A DNA stretch of 64,000 bases from Octopus sinensis (GCF_006345805.1 NC_042997.1:39742001-39806000), one strand, 5' to 3'; counted from the stretch's first letter, positions 1 to 13,031 are shown. Program-made: numbers and translations. Notes: a model not told the origin generated them from the sequence alone.

Positions 1-152
1 CAATCTATATACGACATATTTGCTGGCATATCCTTAACCATGTGCAAACAATTAGCAAATATTTGTGCATATCTAAATATATAAAAATGCCAGGAACCTT
101 AATTTATGCGCAGTCGCACATTTTTATGCAGATGCACTTCTGCATATATGCG

Positions 153-842
153 TATACATACATACATACATACATACATACACAACATACATGCATACAT
201 AGATACATACATACATACATACATACATACATACATACATACATACAAACATACATACACATACTACACACATACATACATACACACATCTCATACATAC
301 AACACACACAACATACCACATACATACATACACACACACACACACACTACATACAAACAGACATACACACACACTACACAACACACATACATAACATACA
401 TACATACATACATACATACATAGACATCACCATACATACATACATACATACATACATACCATACACATACATACATACAAAACATACATACACACACACA
501 TACACACACACATACATACATACACACACATACACACACTACATACACACCATACATACATACATACACACACATACATACATACATACATACACACACA
601 CACATACATACATACAATACATACATACACATACATACATACACCCACACACATACAATACTACATACACACATACATACATACACAACATACACACACA
701 CACATACATACATACATACATACACACACACACATACATACATACATACACACATACATACATACATACATACATACATACATACATACTACATACATAC
801 ATACCTACATACACACACATACATACAAACACACACACATAC

Positions 843-875
<33 letters not shown>

Positions 876-1057
876 TACATACATACAAACATACATACAT
901 ACACACATACATACACACACACATACATACATACATACATACATGCATGCATACATACATACATACATACATACACACACACATACATACATACATACAT
1001 ACATACATACATACATACATACATACATACATACATACATGCATACATATATTTATA
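153..1057. repeat. Compound (TACA)n/(CA)n microsatellite
   Basis: About 900 bp of TACA/CA units; explains the HTYI/YVCM ORFs. Confidence 0.98.
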
Positions 1058-1316
1058 TACAAATGTGTGTATGTGCTGGAATGGAAGGTGCTTGACAAAT
1101 AATCAGTATTAGGAATGTGGATTTCTGTGTGTGTTGTAATTTTATCCATTTTTACCCTTTTTTATCCTGTTGTTATTATATCCGGGATTCTGTGTTTCAA
1201 ACTATATTTAGGAAAGTAAATAAGATAGGAGAGTTTGTTTATATTATTTTAATTACAATCATATTGCAATGAAATATCTTATACAATCACCAAACATTTT
1301 ACTTTTCCATTACACA

Positions 1317-1497
1317 AACATACATACATACATATATAAATGTATATTTATATATATGTATATATATGTTGTATGTATGTTATGTGTATATATATGTATA
1401 TATATATATATATATGTATATATATGTATATATATATGTATATACATATATATATATATTATATATATATATATATATATATGTGTATGTATGTATG

Positions 1498-1538
<41 letters not shown>

Positions 1539-1545
1539 TATATAT
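1317..1545. repeat. (TA)n/(TATG)n microsatellite
   Basis: Direct reading. Confidence 0.97.
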
Positions 1546-1667
1546 TTTTTGGTAATCATAGTAAATAGTAATTGATGCAAATCAATTATTGTTCATCAAT
1601 GATATCTCCATTTTCTGTTTTCTTTAATTTTGATTCCTGATAAACTCCTGTTTATCCTTGGCTTTAC

Positions 1668-1696
1668 CTATAATTTATGAGCATCATTTTTGCCAT
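1668..1696 (-). CDS. Possible micro first coding exon (MAKMMLINY + AG, phase 2)
   Basis: aaacATGG start context, 29 nt open, ends TATAG|GTAAAG. Such short ATG-to-donor segments can arise by chance. Confidence 0.2.
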
Positions 1697-1749
1697 GTTT
1701 AAATATAGGTAATATAGCAGTAGTATTTTGGATACTTTTATCCCTTAGA

Positions 1750-1950
1750 TCATCATCATCATCATCATCATCATCATTTAGCATCCGTTTTCCATGCTAG
1801 CATGGGTTGGACGGTTCAACTGGGGTCTGTGAAGCCGGAAGGCTGCATCAGGCCCAGTCAGATATGGCAGTGTTTCTACAGCTGGATGCCCTTCCTTACG
1901 TCAACCACTCCATGAGTGTAGTGGGTGCTTTTTACATGCCACCCGCACAG
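1750..1950 (-). mobile_element. RTE-LINE 3' end (family R), 5'-truncated
   Basis: (CAT)n tail followed by TTTAGCATCCGTTTTCCATGCTAGCATGGGTTGG, shared with the ORF-linked copy at 39030-39826. Confidence 0.85.
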
Positions 1951-2000
1951 ATGGTTATTTTAAACTCTAACTCAACTACCCTTATATATATATATAAACA

Positions 2001-2675
2001 CGGCAAGCCAAGTGAGACCATAACCATGGCCTATTCCAGTGCAGCATAATCGGTCCATTTAAGAGTACCCTTTAATCATTTGGCAATAAACTGTGCTTGT
2101 GAAGACCTGTTTAGTCAAGTAAAGTCATTGTTAAGTTCGATGCCAGTACCGCCTGACTGGCACCTGTGCCAGTGGCATGTAAAAGGCACCATTTCAGTGT
2201 GGTCGATACCAGTGCCACCTGACTGGTCCCATGCTGGTAAAAAGCACCATTCAAGTGTGGCTGTTGCCAGTGCCATATGAGTGGCTCCCATGCTGGTGGC
2301 ATGTAAAAGCACCATTTGAGCGTAGTCATTGCCAGTGTTGCCTGACTGGCTCCCACGCTGGTGACATGTAAAAAACACCATTCAAGCATGGGTCATTGCC
2401 AGTGCCGCGCTGACCAGCTCCTGTGCCAGTGGCATGTAAAACGCACCATTCAAGCGTGGCTGGAGCCAGTACTGCCTGACTGGCCCTCATGCTGGTGGCA
2501 CGTAAAAAGCACCCACTACACTGTTGGAGTGGTGGGCATTAGGAATGGCAAACAGCTGTAGAAACCTTGCCAGATCAGAGTGGAACTTGGTACAGCCTTC
2601 TGGATTGCTAGTCCTCATTCAAACTGCCCAACCCAAGCCAACATGGAAAATGAATGTTAAACGATGATGATGATT
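2001..2675 (+). mobile_element. RTE-LINE 3' UTR (family R) with ~6-7 VNTR units
   Basis: Starts at GGCAAGCCAAGTGAG (ORF stop region of the 39030 copy), followed by ~60-bp tandem units, the conserved terminus and a (GAT)n tail. Confidence 0.85.
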
Positions 2676-2873
2676 ATATATATATAGATCCTTTATCCAA
2701 AAAGAAGCATACTCTAAAACTTTAGAGCACTAATACTTAAAAAGTTGGTTATGACCAGTTAGGAAGTGATGTGTCTCTGGTCAACAAGTCTGATGAGTCA
2801 ATTATACTGCTAAGAACTCTATAAATGTGAAACCTATAGTCACTCCCTCTAACTGGCCTTAACCAACAACCTC

Positions 2874-2913
<40 letters not shown>

Positions 2914-3171
2914 TAAGAGAGTTAACGATAAGTGGCTAACTCTAGTGCTAGAAATAGCTCTTTTCTGGTATAGCCACCAAATTTTTTCCACAGCAGAAAC
3001 AGCATTACTTTCAACATAAGGGAAGCGAAATACAACAAAAAGATAGTCAATGCTGAACACTTGTTTCCTTATCAACATATATGTAATCATACTCACATAT
3101 TTGTCTATAATTCATCAGCAGCATTTGTCCTCGATACAAAATATATATTATATATATTATATTAATATATA

Positions 3172-3271
3172 NNNNNNNNNNNNNNNNNNNNNNNNNNNNN
3201 NNNNNNNNNNNNNNNNNNNNNNNNNNNNNNNNNNNNNNNNNNNNNNNNNNNNNNNNNNNNNNNNNNNNNNN
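3172..3271. other. Assembly gap (100 N)
   Basis: Run of N between TA and GT microsatellites. Confidence 1.
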
Positions 3272-3686
3272 GTGTGTATTGGGTGTGTGAGGGTGTGTGG
3301 TATGCATACATATAGATATGTCTGTATTGTTGGTTGTTGTATTGCTTGTCTTGATAACGTGTGCTAATCGTAAACAAACTTCACTGTCATACAAGTGGTG
3401 TCATTTGTTTAAAATCTTCCATGAAATCATTTCCAGCCAACATGCTGTTTATGTTTGAAGGATTAGTGGAAATATTCAGTATTACCTTATTTGGAATTAA
3501 GTAAGAGTATGGCAACTGGAATAGCATCTAACCATAGAAAAACTGCCTCATTGAATTTCATTTGAACTATAATGATGATGATGATGATGATTCTCTAGTG
3601 AGAATGTATGAATCTACAATGAGAGATTAGAGTTTTTTTTTTTTTTACCTAACTAGAGCTTAGCTACAATTTGAATCCCATATGCT

Positions 3687-3751
<65 letters not shown>

Positions 3752-4192
3752 ACTTTAGATAACTATCAATACTTGAGCTAATGTATCTGAGGTATAAATT
3801 TTGTAAACAGTTTAAAAAAAAAAAGACACCGCAGAGTATTTGGATTAATTAATTAATTAGCAAAATGTAGATTTTAATATTTTTAGATTTCGTGGAAAAA
3901 AAAATGTAATTTCTTAACCTATTATTATTTCATTCTCTTTCTCTTTCTTTTATTCTATTTTCCTTTTTTTTTTGCCTCATAATCTCTTCCTTTATCTCCT
4001 TTTTCTCACTTCTTTCAGCACCCACTCATTTCAACATTATTAACAAACAGATGATTAATTGCTGTCAGAAACAAAATTCCAGAAATCAAAAATTATACAA
4101 GAATTTGCAATACCTTTGAAGAGTTTCAATGTGGGTAAATGATATAAATGTTTGAAAAACCTGTAAGTAATGTAGGTGAAAGAATCTGTCAT

Positions 4193-4239
<47 letters not shown>

Positions 4240-4449
4240 GGGTTGCTGAAAATTCTTGGCTTTAAGGATATCATGAAAGGTCTGGTTAGAGGCCCAGGCT
4301 TCGGAGTTCTTTTACAGGATTTAGAAAAACTCAAAGACCACTGCAATAAGTGTGCGAATCCGAGAGGAGAATATGTTGTATAAAATCATAATTAACTGAT
4401 CCTCCTATACATTCTTTTACCTAAGGCCAGGAACTTTTCAGCAACCCCC
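4240..4449 (+). mobile_element. Mariner-derived MITE
   Basis: Imperfect TIRs GGGTTGCTGAAAATTCTTGGC / GCCAGGAACTTTTCAGCAACCC; interior encodes a mariner-like C-terminus (HCNKCANPRGEYVV*). Second copy at 50106-50297. Confidence 0.7.
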
Positions 4450-4643
4450 TCATGTATGCACAACCTTCTGTAGAACCTCCAAGACTAAATAGGTGGTTGG
4501 TGGTGATGTTGCTGATGGTAAGGATAATGTAGGTGGTGGTGATGGTGATGGTTGTAGTGACTTTTGTCCCTGAAAGGGAAATGCAAAGCTGTATGATTGA
4601 GTCTTCAGAAGAGAAGTCATCCAACCTTTTTTCGTTGATGACC

Positions 4644-4857
4644 TTAACCCTTTTGTTACCAACCAGGCTAAAACCGGCTCTGGCTCTAGTATAAATGACT
4701 TGTTTTCATAAGTTTTGAATTAAAATCTTCCACCAAATCTTAGTTACAATTTATGTTCCTAACATTAGCTTAATGATAACTAAGTTATTTTATTAAATTC
4801 TTTGTTATATTTAAAATAATTGAAAGAAACACAGAATATCTCAAAATAAATACAGTA
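4644..4857 (+). mobile_element. TTAA-flanked ~225-bp MITE (piggyBac-type ends), truncated copy
   Basis: Begins TTAACCCTTTTGTTAC; same body at 16084, 30625, 33582, 34065 and 51239. Confidence 0.75.
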
Positions 4858-4899
4858 TTTGGTGTAGTGTATAAGTATAACCAGTTCATTTGCACATAA

Positions 4900-4963
4900 A
4901 TCTTAACAATAAAATCTTATATGGACCCCTAAGGGATGTATGGACCCTGGCTGAGAACCACTG
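4900..4963. mobile_element. hAT (Charlie-like) MITE terminus
   Basis: ATGGACCCC...GGACCCTGGCTGAGAACCACTG resembles hAT-Charlie MITE ends. Confidence 0.4.
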
Positions 4964-5058
4964 ACCCTAGATGGGGGTGTTGCATCTTTTAGGCAACAGC
5001 TACTGAGCAGAAAAAGAGAAATGAGTATATCTTGTGCATAGTCACCCTCAAAAGTAAT

Positions 5059-5443
5059 GTGTGGAAGCACTCCGTCGGTTACGACGACGAGGGTTCCGAT
5101 TGATCCGAATCAATGGAACAGCCTGCTCGTGAATTTAACGTGTATGTGGCTGAGCACTCCACAGACACGTGTACCTTTAACGTAGTTCTCGGGGATATTC
5201 AGCGTGACACAGAGAGTGACAAGGCCGGCCCTTTGAAATACAGGTACAACAGAAACAGGAAGTAAGAGTGAGAGAAAGTTGTGGTGAAAGAGTACAGCAG
5301 GGATCGCCACCATCCCCTGCCGGAGCCTCGTGGGGCTTTAGGTGTTTTCGCTCAATAAACACTCATAACGCCCGGTCTGGGAATCGAAACCGCGATCCTA
5401 TGACCGCGAGTCCGCTGCCCTAACCACTGGGCCATTGCGCCTC
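5059..5443 (-). mobile_element. tRNA-derived SINE, body A + tail X
   Basis: Head GGCGCAATGGCCCAGTGGTTAGGGC (A box) ... GGTTTCGATTCCC (B box); 16-bp TSD CACCCTCAAAAGTAAT at 5043-5058 and 5444-5459. Confidence 0.9.
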
Positions 5444-5479
5444 CACCCTCAAAAGTAATAACATCATGAGATTAGATGA

Positions 5480-5960
5480 AGAGCTCCCAAACAAGCACTC
5501 TGAGTGTACAACCATTCTGTGTGACCCCAAGAGTGGCTGGACTAATGTATTTAAACAGAGGCTTGAAGGAGAAATACTCAGCATACTAGCAGAAAGTTAT
5601 GCATGGGTACACATCCTGCAAGCTTGAGAACACTAATTATAATGACAAGAATAGTAGCCTCACCTGAGCCTGTGATAAATATATCATATCTTACCTAGAA
5701 CAGGTGAGGCTACTATTCTTGTCAGGAACAGGAGATAGCTACTAAGTATCTGATCAACAAGAAAGATAAGGATGCTTCTAGATTTCCACAATGTGATAAG
5801 AAATGTTGATTGTGCCATACCTGTATGGAAAATATCGACTACATCATTAGCCGCTGCCTAAAAATGTCTGGAAGATACTATCTTCCCACAAGACATGATA
5901 TTGTCACTAAGATTACCTAACATACTATACTCAAGAAGGATTGTTCTGATGGCCATACCA
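5480..5960 (+). pseudogene. Degenerate RLE-type LINE (R4/NeSL/HERO-like) ORF C-terminal region
   Basis: Translates through frameshifts as KVMHGY...QEQEIATKYL...KC*LCHTCMENIDYIISRC...RYYLPTRHDIV, the zinc-knuckle region of restriction-like-endonuclease LINEs. Confidence 0.65.
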
Positions 5961-6389
5961 ATGTTACATAAGAATCGTAATGTTATCACATCTTTAAAAA
6001 TAAAGAATACAGGTGGAACATTCCACCACCCCAACAAAAAAAAAAAACAAAAAATCTAAAACGGCAACCTTGTGTTAACAAAGTGAGCCAAATATTGTTC
6101 CATGAGACAGAGATTAAAAGTTATGCACTGTTGTAGAAATCAGTTGCCTAGGAGATATGAACGTTTCATTAGAATTTGGAAAAAGAAGGGAACATCCATA
6201 GAGAACAAAAGTAAAACTTATTGTTCTAATATTCAGGCTGTAGACTTTCATTATGTCTGTTATCATATATGTATCAGAGCTACGATGTTCATCTTGCTCT
6301 GATATATATTGTGTTTCTAACACATGTCTATAAAAGGATGTTGTCTCAGACAATCACCCTGCTTCATGCTCTTTAAAGATGTATGACAT

Positions 6390-6840
6390 ACAGAGTGGCA
6401 GCTGGCAACACGACTCTGCACCATACCAACATAAGAAGGAGAACCCAGTCATGGCTGTCAGACAATTTCTGTGACCACATTACCCTTAACATCTGACCAC
6501 TTACCTCACCACACTGTAACCCCTTGATTATTATGCGTAGGGCACAGGTGAGTGAGAGACCAACAAAACTCCTTGTAGCACCAAAGATGAAGTGAATGCA
6601 AGGATTATGGGCAGCATTCACCAACTTAAACAAGGAGACCATTCAGAAGAGTTGTAGGAGATTCCAAAGTCATCTGTGGGCCATAGTTGAAGTCAATAGC
6701 GATTTTATTGAATACATTTACTCTTTAGTATTTCAAGATATTTCAAAGTAATTTTAGTAAATATATCTGTTAAAATGAGATGTCAGTATTATTTTCATTT
6801 TTGCATAATTTAGATGACAGTTTATTCACTGCACCCTGTA
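6390..6840 (+). mobile_element. maT (DD37D) Tc1/mariner 3' fragment
   Basis: WQHDSAP...LSDNFCDHITLNI...CNPLDYY; right TIR CACTGCACCCTG-TA. Confidence 0.85.
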
Positions 6841-6899
6841 TATATATACATATCCACCTCCATACCTACCTTCTTATCTACCTACCCATCAATCTACAT

Positions 6900-6943
6900 A
6901 TTTACATATCTAGCTATTTACCTATTCATCTATCCATCTACAT

Positions 6944-7006
<63 letters not shown>

Positions 7007-7010
7007 CTGG

Positions 7011-7078
<68 letters not shown>

Positions 7079-7082
7079 CTGG

Positions 7083-7161
<79 letters not shown>

Positions 7162-7463
7162 GTCTATCTATCTATCTGTCTATCTATCTATCTATCATCA
7201 TCATCATCATCGTTTAGCGTCCGCTTTCCATGCTAGCATGGATTGGACGGTTCAACTGGGGTCTGGGAAGCCAGAAGGCTGTACCAGGCCCAGTTTGATC
7301 TGGCAATGTTTCTACGGCTGGATGCCCTTCCTAACGCCAACCACTCCATGAGTGTAGTGGGTGCTTTTTACATGCCACCGGCACAGGTGCCAGACGAGTC
7401 TGGCAAACGGACATGATCGGATGGTGCTTTTTATGTGCCACTGGGATGGGGGCCAGGCGAGGC

Positions 7464-7534
<71 letters not shown>

Positions 7535-7677
7535 GTCTATCTGTCTATCTATCTATCTATCTGTCTATCTATCTATCTATCTGTCTATCTATTATCTATC
7601 TGTCTATCTATATCTATCTATCTATCTATCTATCCATTTATCTATCTATCTATCTATCTATCTATCTTCTATCTATC

Positions 7678-7710
<33 letters not shown>

Positions 7711-7712
7711 TC

Positions 7713-7748
<36 letters not shown>
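6900..7748. repeat. (TATC)n array interrupted by a family-R insertion (7198-7462)
   Basis: Long TATC run with TACTGG variant units near 7006 and 7078. Confidence 0.95.
7198..7462 (-). mobile_element. RTE-LINE 3' end (family R), ~2 VNTR units
   Basis: (CAT)n tail plus the conserved terminus. Confidence 0.85.
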
Positions 7749-9587
7749 CGTAAATGGACATCTATCGAGACCTTTCGACATTGCACGTTCGGTCCGTCAG
7801 GGATGCCCCCTCTCGGCGCTTCTATACGTATTGACTCTTGAGCCACTACTGCGGAAGCTGGCGACTCTAGGGGGCATCCCACGAGAATTGGGATGCGGGA
7901 CGAGCGTGTCTGCATACGGGGACGACGTCACCGTCATAGTGTCTAGCCACGAGCACATCGAGCTGGTCGCGAGACACTGAAAAAACTACGAAGCGGTGAC
8001 AGGAGCGAAAATCAACCGGGAAAAGTCAGTGGGCTTGCGACTAGGCACCTGGAGAAGCAAAGCCCATGCCGTCCACCAGCGCCTCCGTCGTGGGACGCTG
8101 GACCGACGGCCCGGTTGAGTTGATCGGGGTCTGGTTTGGTCCAGACCTCCAAGTGGAGAAGAACTGGAACGAGAACGAGTAGGGTGGTCACTCTCGCCCG
8201 GCAATGGGCCGAGAGGAAACTGTCCCTAAAAGGTCGAGCGGAGGTGGCGAACACGTACATCGCGTCCGTCATCTACTACGCCTGACCGTCGTACCTTGTC
8301 CCGACCCTACCATCACCAAACTACAACGATCCTCTTTCGCTTCTTGTGGAAAGGATGCGTTCCGATGGTCAGGCGATCCATTTGCTGTCAACACCGTTAA
8401 AAGGAGGGTGGGCATGCCGTGGTTGATGATGCGCAGACACGCGCTGAGACTGCGACATCTCTGGCTCTATGTAGACGACGGTGAACAGGTGTGGTCGCCG
8501 TTTGTGAGGCACGCTTTCCGCAGCTGTCTCCATGACCGAACTGCAGTCGTGGATCAAAAGAGGCCGAGGAGGGCGAATGGCACCGCGAGTGTCGCGTTGC
8601 TCTCAAGCACTCTGCCGTCCTGGGTCGACCTAAGTGACTTCAACACAACCAAAGCATTATATAGGGGTTTAGTGGAGGGGGGGTACGACGACGAGCTCGG
8701 GGCGAACCTGGACGTCGACGAGGAGTACCTGACCCGCATGTTCGGGACGACTTTCGGGCCAGGGCCCATGGACAACTTCCAGAGATCCCTGGCCTGGCAG
8801 TGCTACCGAGAAGCGCTACCCGTTCGGGATAAGCTCTACAGACACGGCTCGAGAAACACGGGGCCGACCTGCCCGAGATGCGGTCAGAGCGACGAAAACC
8901 GTTCTGCACGCACTCGTTCAGTGTCCAACAATTTCCGACCTGTGGCTTATGTCGAACAACTGCTGTCACGTGTGGGACGAGTCGGTTTATCAGCTGAGTC
9001 TATCGTCAATATTGTCACGCCTCCTTCCTTCAAACGGGAAGGAAGAGCTATTTTCATCATCCTTGTGGCTATGGCGAAAGAATGTATCTGGTGGACGCGT
9101 CTGAAAGGATGGAGACAAACACTTTCCTCTCTGGTCAATCTCTCATCAACTTCTTCAAGTACCACTTGAAAAGGAAAGTGAGAGTAGAGAGGCAAGTTTT
9201 GTCTAGCGAATGTTTTAAAAAAGATGGGTGAATGTAGCAAGAATGGCACGTATGAATGACGAAGCCACCTTGAGCATAGTCCTATGAACCCAGAAATCGA
9301 AAACAGAGAGTTGCTTATTTGCAAAAAAAAAAAAAAAAAAAAAAGAAATATAAAATGTGACTTCATTGACCGAGGTTACCGTGGTCTTTTCCGGAGGCTT
9401 TTCTTTCACGGGTAAACCTCACCTGTCCTCCCCTTTACACTTCATATTGACATTTCTGTGATAACGATCCCTATTGATCATTTTTTTTCCTCTCCCCCCC
9501 CCTTTTTTTTTTTTTTTTTTTTTTAACCCCCCTTATTTTTGTCCTCTTTCTCTCCTTTTACGATCCCTTTTGATCGAACCTCCGCCT

Positions 9588-9621
<34 letters not shown>

Positions 9622-9693
9622 CCTTCAAAAGAAAAGCTCTACCTTGTAATTTGTTCTATCTGTGTGCAGCCCTGTGGCTAATAAAGAAACATT
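7749..9693 (+). mobile_element. L1/Tx1-clade LINE, 5'-truncated (RT C-terminal half, zinc knuckle, 3' UTR)
   Basis: VNGHLSRPF...[20 protein letters not shown]...SAYGDDVTV...NYEAVTGAKINREKS; CPRCGQSDE zinc knuckle; ORF ends near 9287; AATAAA at 9680; several frameshifts; CpG-rich, so probably young. Confidence 0.92.
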
Positions 9694-10225
9694 CTATCTA
9701 TCTATCTACCGGTCTATCTGTGTGCCCTTCCCTCACCAGATGGATCTGTTTACCTCAAGCTAACACCTCCTACCTCTGCTATTATCGTCCCAGCTATTCA
9801 ATTTATTACATATTGCACCACTGACAGTCATTAACAATAGATTCTAACCCCTCACCACACTCACACAGAAAACATATTCACTGCACCCTTCCTAACCATC
9901 CCTATAAATAGCATCCTGGTATTTTCAAATGGTTTCTTATCATTATCACCTGAAAAAGGATTTCGTTAATCTTATTAATAACGGCTCCCACTTCAATCTG
10001 GCACCTCCATTTATGTGATTTACACTCCATTCACCTGTTCATTATGATTTTGTTTCAGGAATTTTCCTCAAGTATTTACGTATTTATTTATAGAAACGTT
10101 AATTGTTGTTAATTTTAAACTAGTAGAAATTGTTTTACAGACAGGTGTGGCAGTAGTGTTGCCATACCTCATGTGTGTGTGGAATTCCCCTTCTATAAAT
10201 AGAAGCCACACAGAGGTATCACCAG

Positions 10226-10263
10226 CTGACTGATGAAGCAGAAATGAGAAACTTGAGTTAGCA
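10226..10263 (+). ncRNA. Degenerate Penelope-type hammerhead motif
   Basis: CTGATGA-A-GCA-GAAA-TGA-GAAAC-TTGA-GTT, downstream of TATAAATAG; stems partly broken. Confidence 0.3.
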
Positions 10264-10293
10264 ACACGTTCAGCTTAGACCCTCATTAAAACA

Positions 10294-10328
<35 letters not shown>

Positions 10329-10333
10329 ATATA

Positions 10334-10398
<65 letters not shown>

Positions 10399-10675
10399 CA
10401 CATACATATATATATATATATATGTATATAATATATATATATATAATATATATATATATTGGTAAAAAAGGTAAGATAACAAAAGAAAGAAAGAGACATC
10501 AATATATGTAAATAGAGGAAATTTATCTATAAAATAATATGTACAATTACTCAATAGTCAAGATAAAATTTGCATGTATATATATATATATATATATATA
10601 GATAGATAGAGATATACATAGGCATACATACATACATGCATACATATGTACATATATAAACATACACACATATAA

Positions 10676-10709
<34 letters not shown>

Positions 10710-11223
10710 GTATATATATTATATTATATATAAGGGCTTAGTAAAATAAATTACTTTGCCACATACTGAACTCATTAGAAATAGCAGCTAAAGAAATTTC
10801 TTCAGCTATTTCTAATACTTAAAGAAGATCTCTCTCAGATAGTATATATATATATATATGTATGATATATATTTATGTAGATATACACAGAGATTGATAG
10901 ATACTGGACAAGTTTGTAAATAAACTTATGTCCACATGTTAACAGGCAAATAATATTTACAAATTTATCCACAAATATGCTGTCCCTGTACTCTAGTTAA
11001 TTAGTTAATACACACACACACACACACACACCACATGCATACATATATACTGCATACATACTTACATAAGCATAAGTGTGAAAACAAAATTTGCTTAGGG
11101 GGTGCAAAACCAGTTTTTCAGGTGGAAATTCAATGCATTTTCATTGCCCCACCCCCATAGCAAAATTTTAGGGGGTGCACTTGCAGCTCCTGCATCCCCT
11201 GTTTCCCAGCCTATGTACATAGG

Positions 11224-11322
11224 TACGGGCATGGTTGTGTAGTTATAAAGTTTTACTGTAGCCTCGGGCTGACCAAAGCCTTGTGAGCGGATTTGGTAGA
11301 TGGAAACTGAAAGAAGCCTTCC

Positions 11323-11370
<48 letters not shown>

Positions 11371-12137
11371 AACCAAATCAAAATAGATGAACATCAATGG
11401 AATTTGTATCTTTGTGGTACCAGTGCCGGTGGCACATAAGAAAACCATCCGAACGTGGCCGTAGCCAGTACCGCATCGACTGGCCTCCGTGCTGTGGGCA
11501 CGTAACAAACACCATCCGATCATGGCTGTTCGCCAGCCTCGTCTGGCACCTGTGTCGGTGGCACATAAAAAAACACCATCCAAGCGTGGCCGTCTGCCAG
11601 CCTCGTCTGGCACCTGTGTTGGTGGTACATAAAAAACACCATCCGAGAGTGGCCGTTCGCCAGCCTCGTCTGGCACCTGTGTCGGTGGCACATAAAATCA
11701 CCGACAAGACTCTCGGAGTGGTTGGCGTTAGGAAGGGCATCCAGCTGTAGAAACACTGCCAGATCTGACTGGCCTGGTGCAGCCTTCTGGCTTGCCAGAC
11801 CCCAGTTGAACCGTCCAACCCATGCTAGCATGGAAAGCGGATGTTAAACGATGATGATGATGATGATGATGATGATATATATATATGTATATATGTATAT
11901 ATATTATGTATATGTATATATATGTATGTGTATATGTTTGCATGTCTATGTTTGTCCCCCCACCATCACTTGATAACTAATGTTGGTGTGTTTACATCTC
12001 TGTAACTTAGCAGTTTGACATAAGAGACTGATAGAATAAGTACTAGGCTTACAAAGAATAAGTCCTAGGGTCAATGTGTTTGACTAAAGGCGGTGTTCCA
12101 GCATGGCCACAGTCAAATGACTGAAATAAATAAAAGA
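11224..12137 (+). mobile_element. tRNA-derived SINE family C split by a family-R insertion in its internal (TA)n
   Basis: 5' half ends GAAAGAAGCC-(TA)n; 3' half resumes GTTTGTCCCC...CAGCATGGCCACAGTCAAATGACTGAAA. Confidence 0.85.
11368..11875 (+). mobile_element. RTE-LINE 3' end (family R), ~5 VNTR units, nested in SINE C
   Basis: Tandem units, conserved terminus and (GAT)n tail, with TA repeats on both sides. Confidence 0.85.
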
Positions 12138-12160
12138 ATATATATATATATATATATACA

Positions 12161-12992
12161 TACAGGATGCGATGGGTAAATTGTCTCCATTTTATACTTT
12201 TAATGTTGGACATGCACATTGTTTGTTTCTGATTTTGTCGACTACATAGTATAGTAGGGTCAGTTGGGTACCATCTGTGAGAAAAACAGTACCATGATGT
12301 AATTTACTCTGCCAGAAATTTGGAAATGACATGCTGTACTCCTTGGCATTCACACCAGAAGCTCCAATATGAAAATTTCAGAGTGTTTGGGTGTCAATCT
12401 GAGGACAATGCAATCTAAGGACATGTACCAAGAGTGATAAAAATCAAACATCCAGTCAACATCATGGTGTTTGGAGCGATCACTAGTGATGGTGGCGTTA
12501 TGACTCCATTTATCTTCCCACATGGCTTCAGACTCGACATAAAAGCCTACATCAAGTACCTGGCGGTGGTAGTGCTGCCCTGGGTGAAGAGGGTGACTAC
12601 TGGAAGACTCTGCACCATGCTACACAAGCAGGAGAACCAGACAATTTCTGCAATCACACTACCCCTAACATCTGACCATCTAACTCACCAGACTGCAACT
12701 CCTTCATTATGTGTGGGGCGCAGCTGAGTGAGTGACCAACAAAACTTCTTGTAGCACCAAAGATGAAGTGAAGGCAAGGTTTATGGCAGCATTCACCAAC
12801 TTAAACAAGGAGACCATTCAGAAGAGTTGCAGGAGATTCCGGAGTCATCTGGAGGCTGTGATTTTATTGAATAAATTTACTCTTTAGTATTTCAAGATAT
12901 TTTCTGTAATTTAGGTAAATATATCTGTTAAAATGAGATACTAGAGTTATTTTCATTTTTGATTAATTTAGAAAACAGATTTTCACCACACC

Positions 12993-12997
<5 letters not shown>
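12161..12997 (+). mobile_element. Internally deleted maT (DD37D) transposon with both TIRs
   Basis: TA-CAGGATGCGATGGGTAAA...TTTTCACCACACCCTG-TA; interior KHPVNIMVFGAITSDG...LPWVKRV. Confidence 0.88.

Positions 12998-13031
<34 letters not shown>

Noticed and set aside
42-1112. 356-aa ORF and the many HTYI/YVCM/IYLS/ERKK ORFs across the window
   Set aside because: They are translations of stop-free microsatellites, with no splice or codon evidence.
4019-4162. Plus-strand exon with a strong polypyrimidine acceptor and a GTAAGT donor
   Set aside because: Stops in all three frames and no supporting partner exons; a non-coding exon cannot be excluded.
5059-5443. tRNA genes at SINE heads (also 18897, 28825, 37966, 63643)
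   Set aside because: A and B boxes are present but I see no complete cloverleaf, and each head continues into a SINE body with a tail, some with a TSD.
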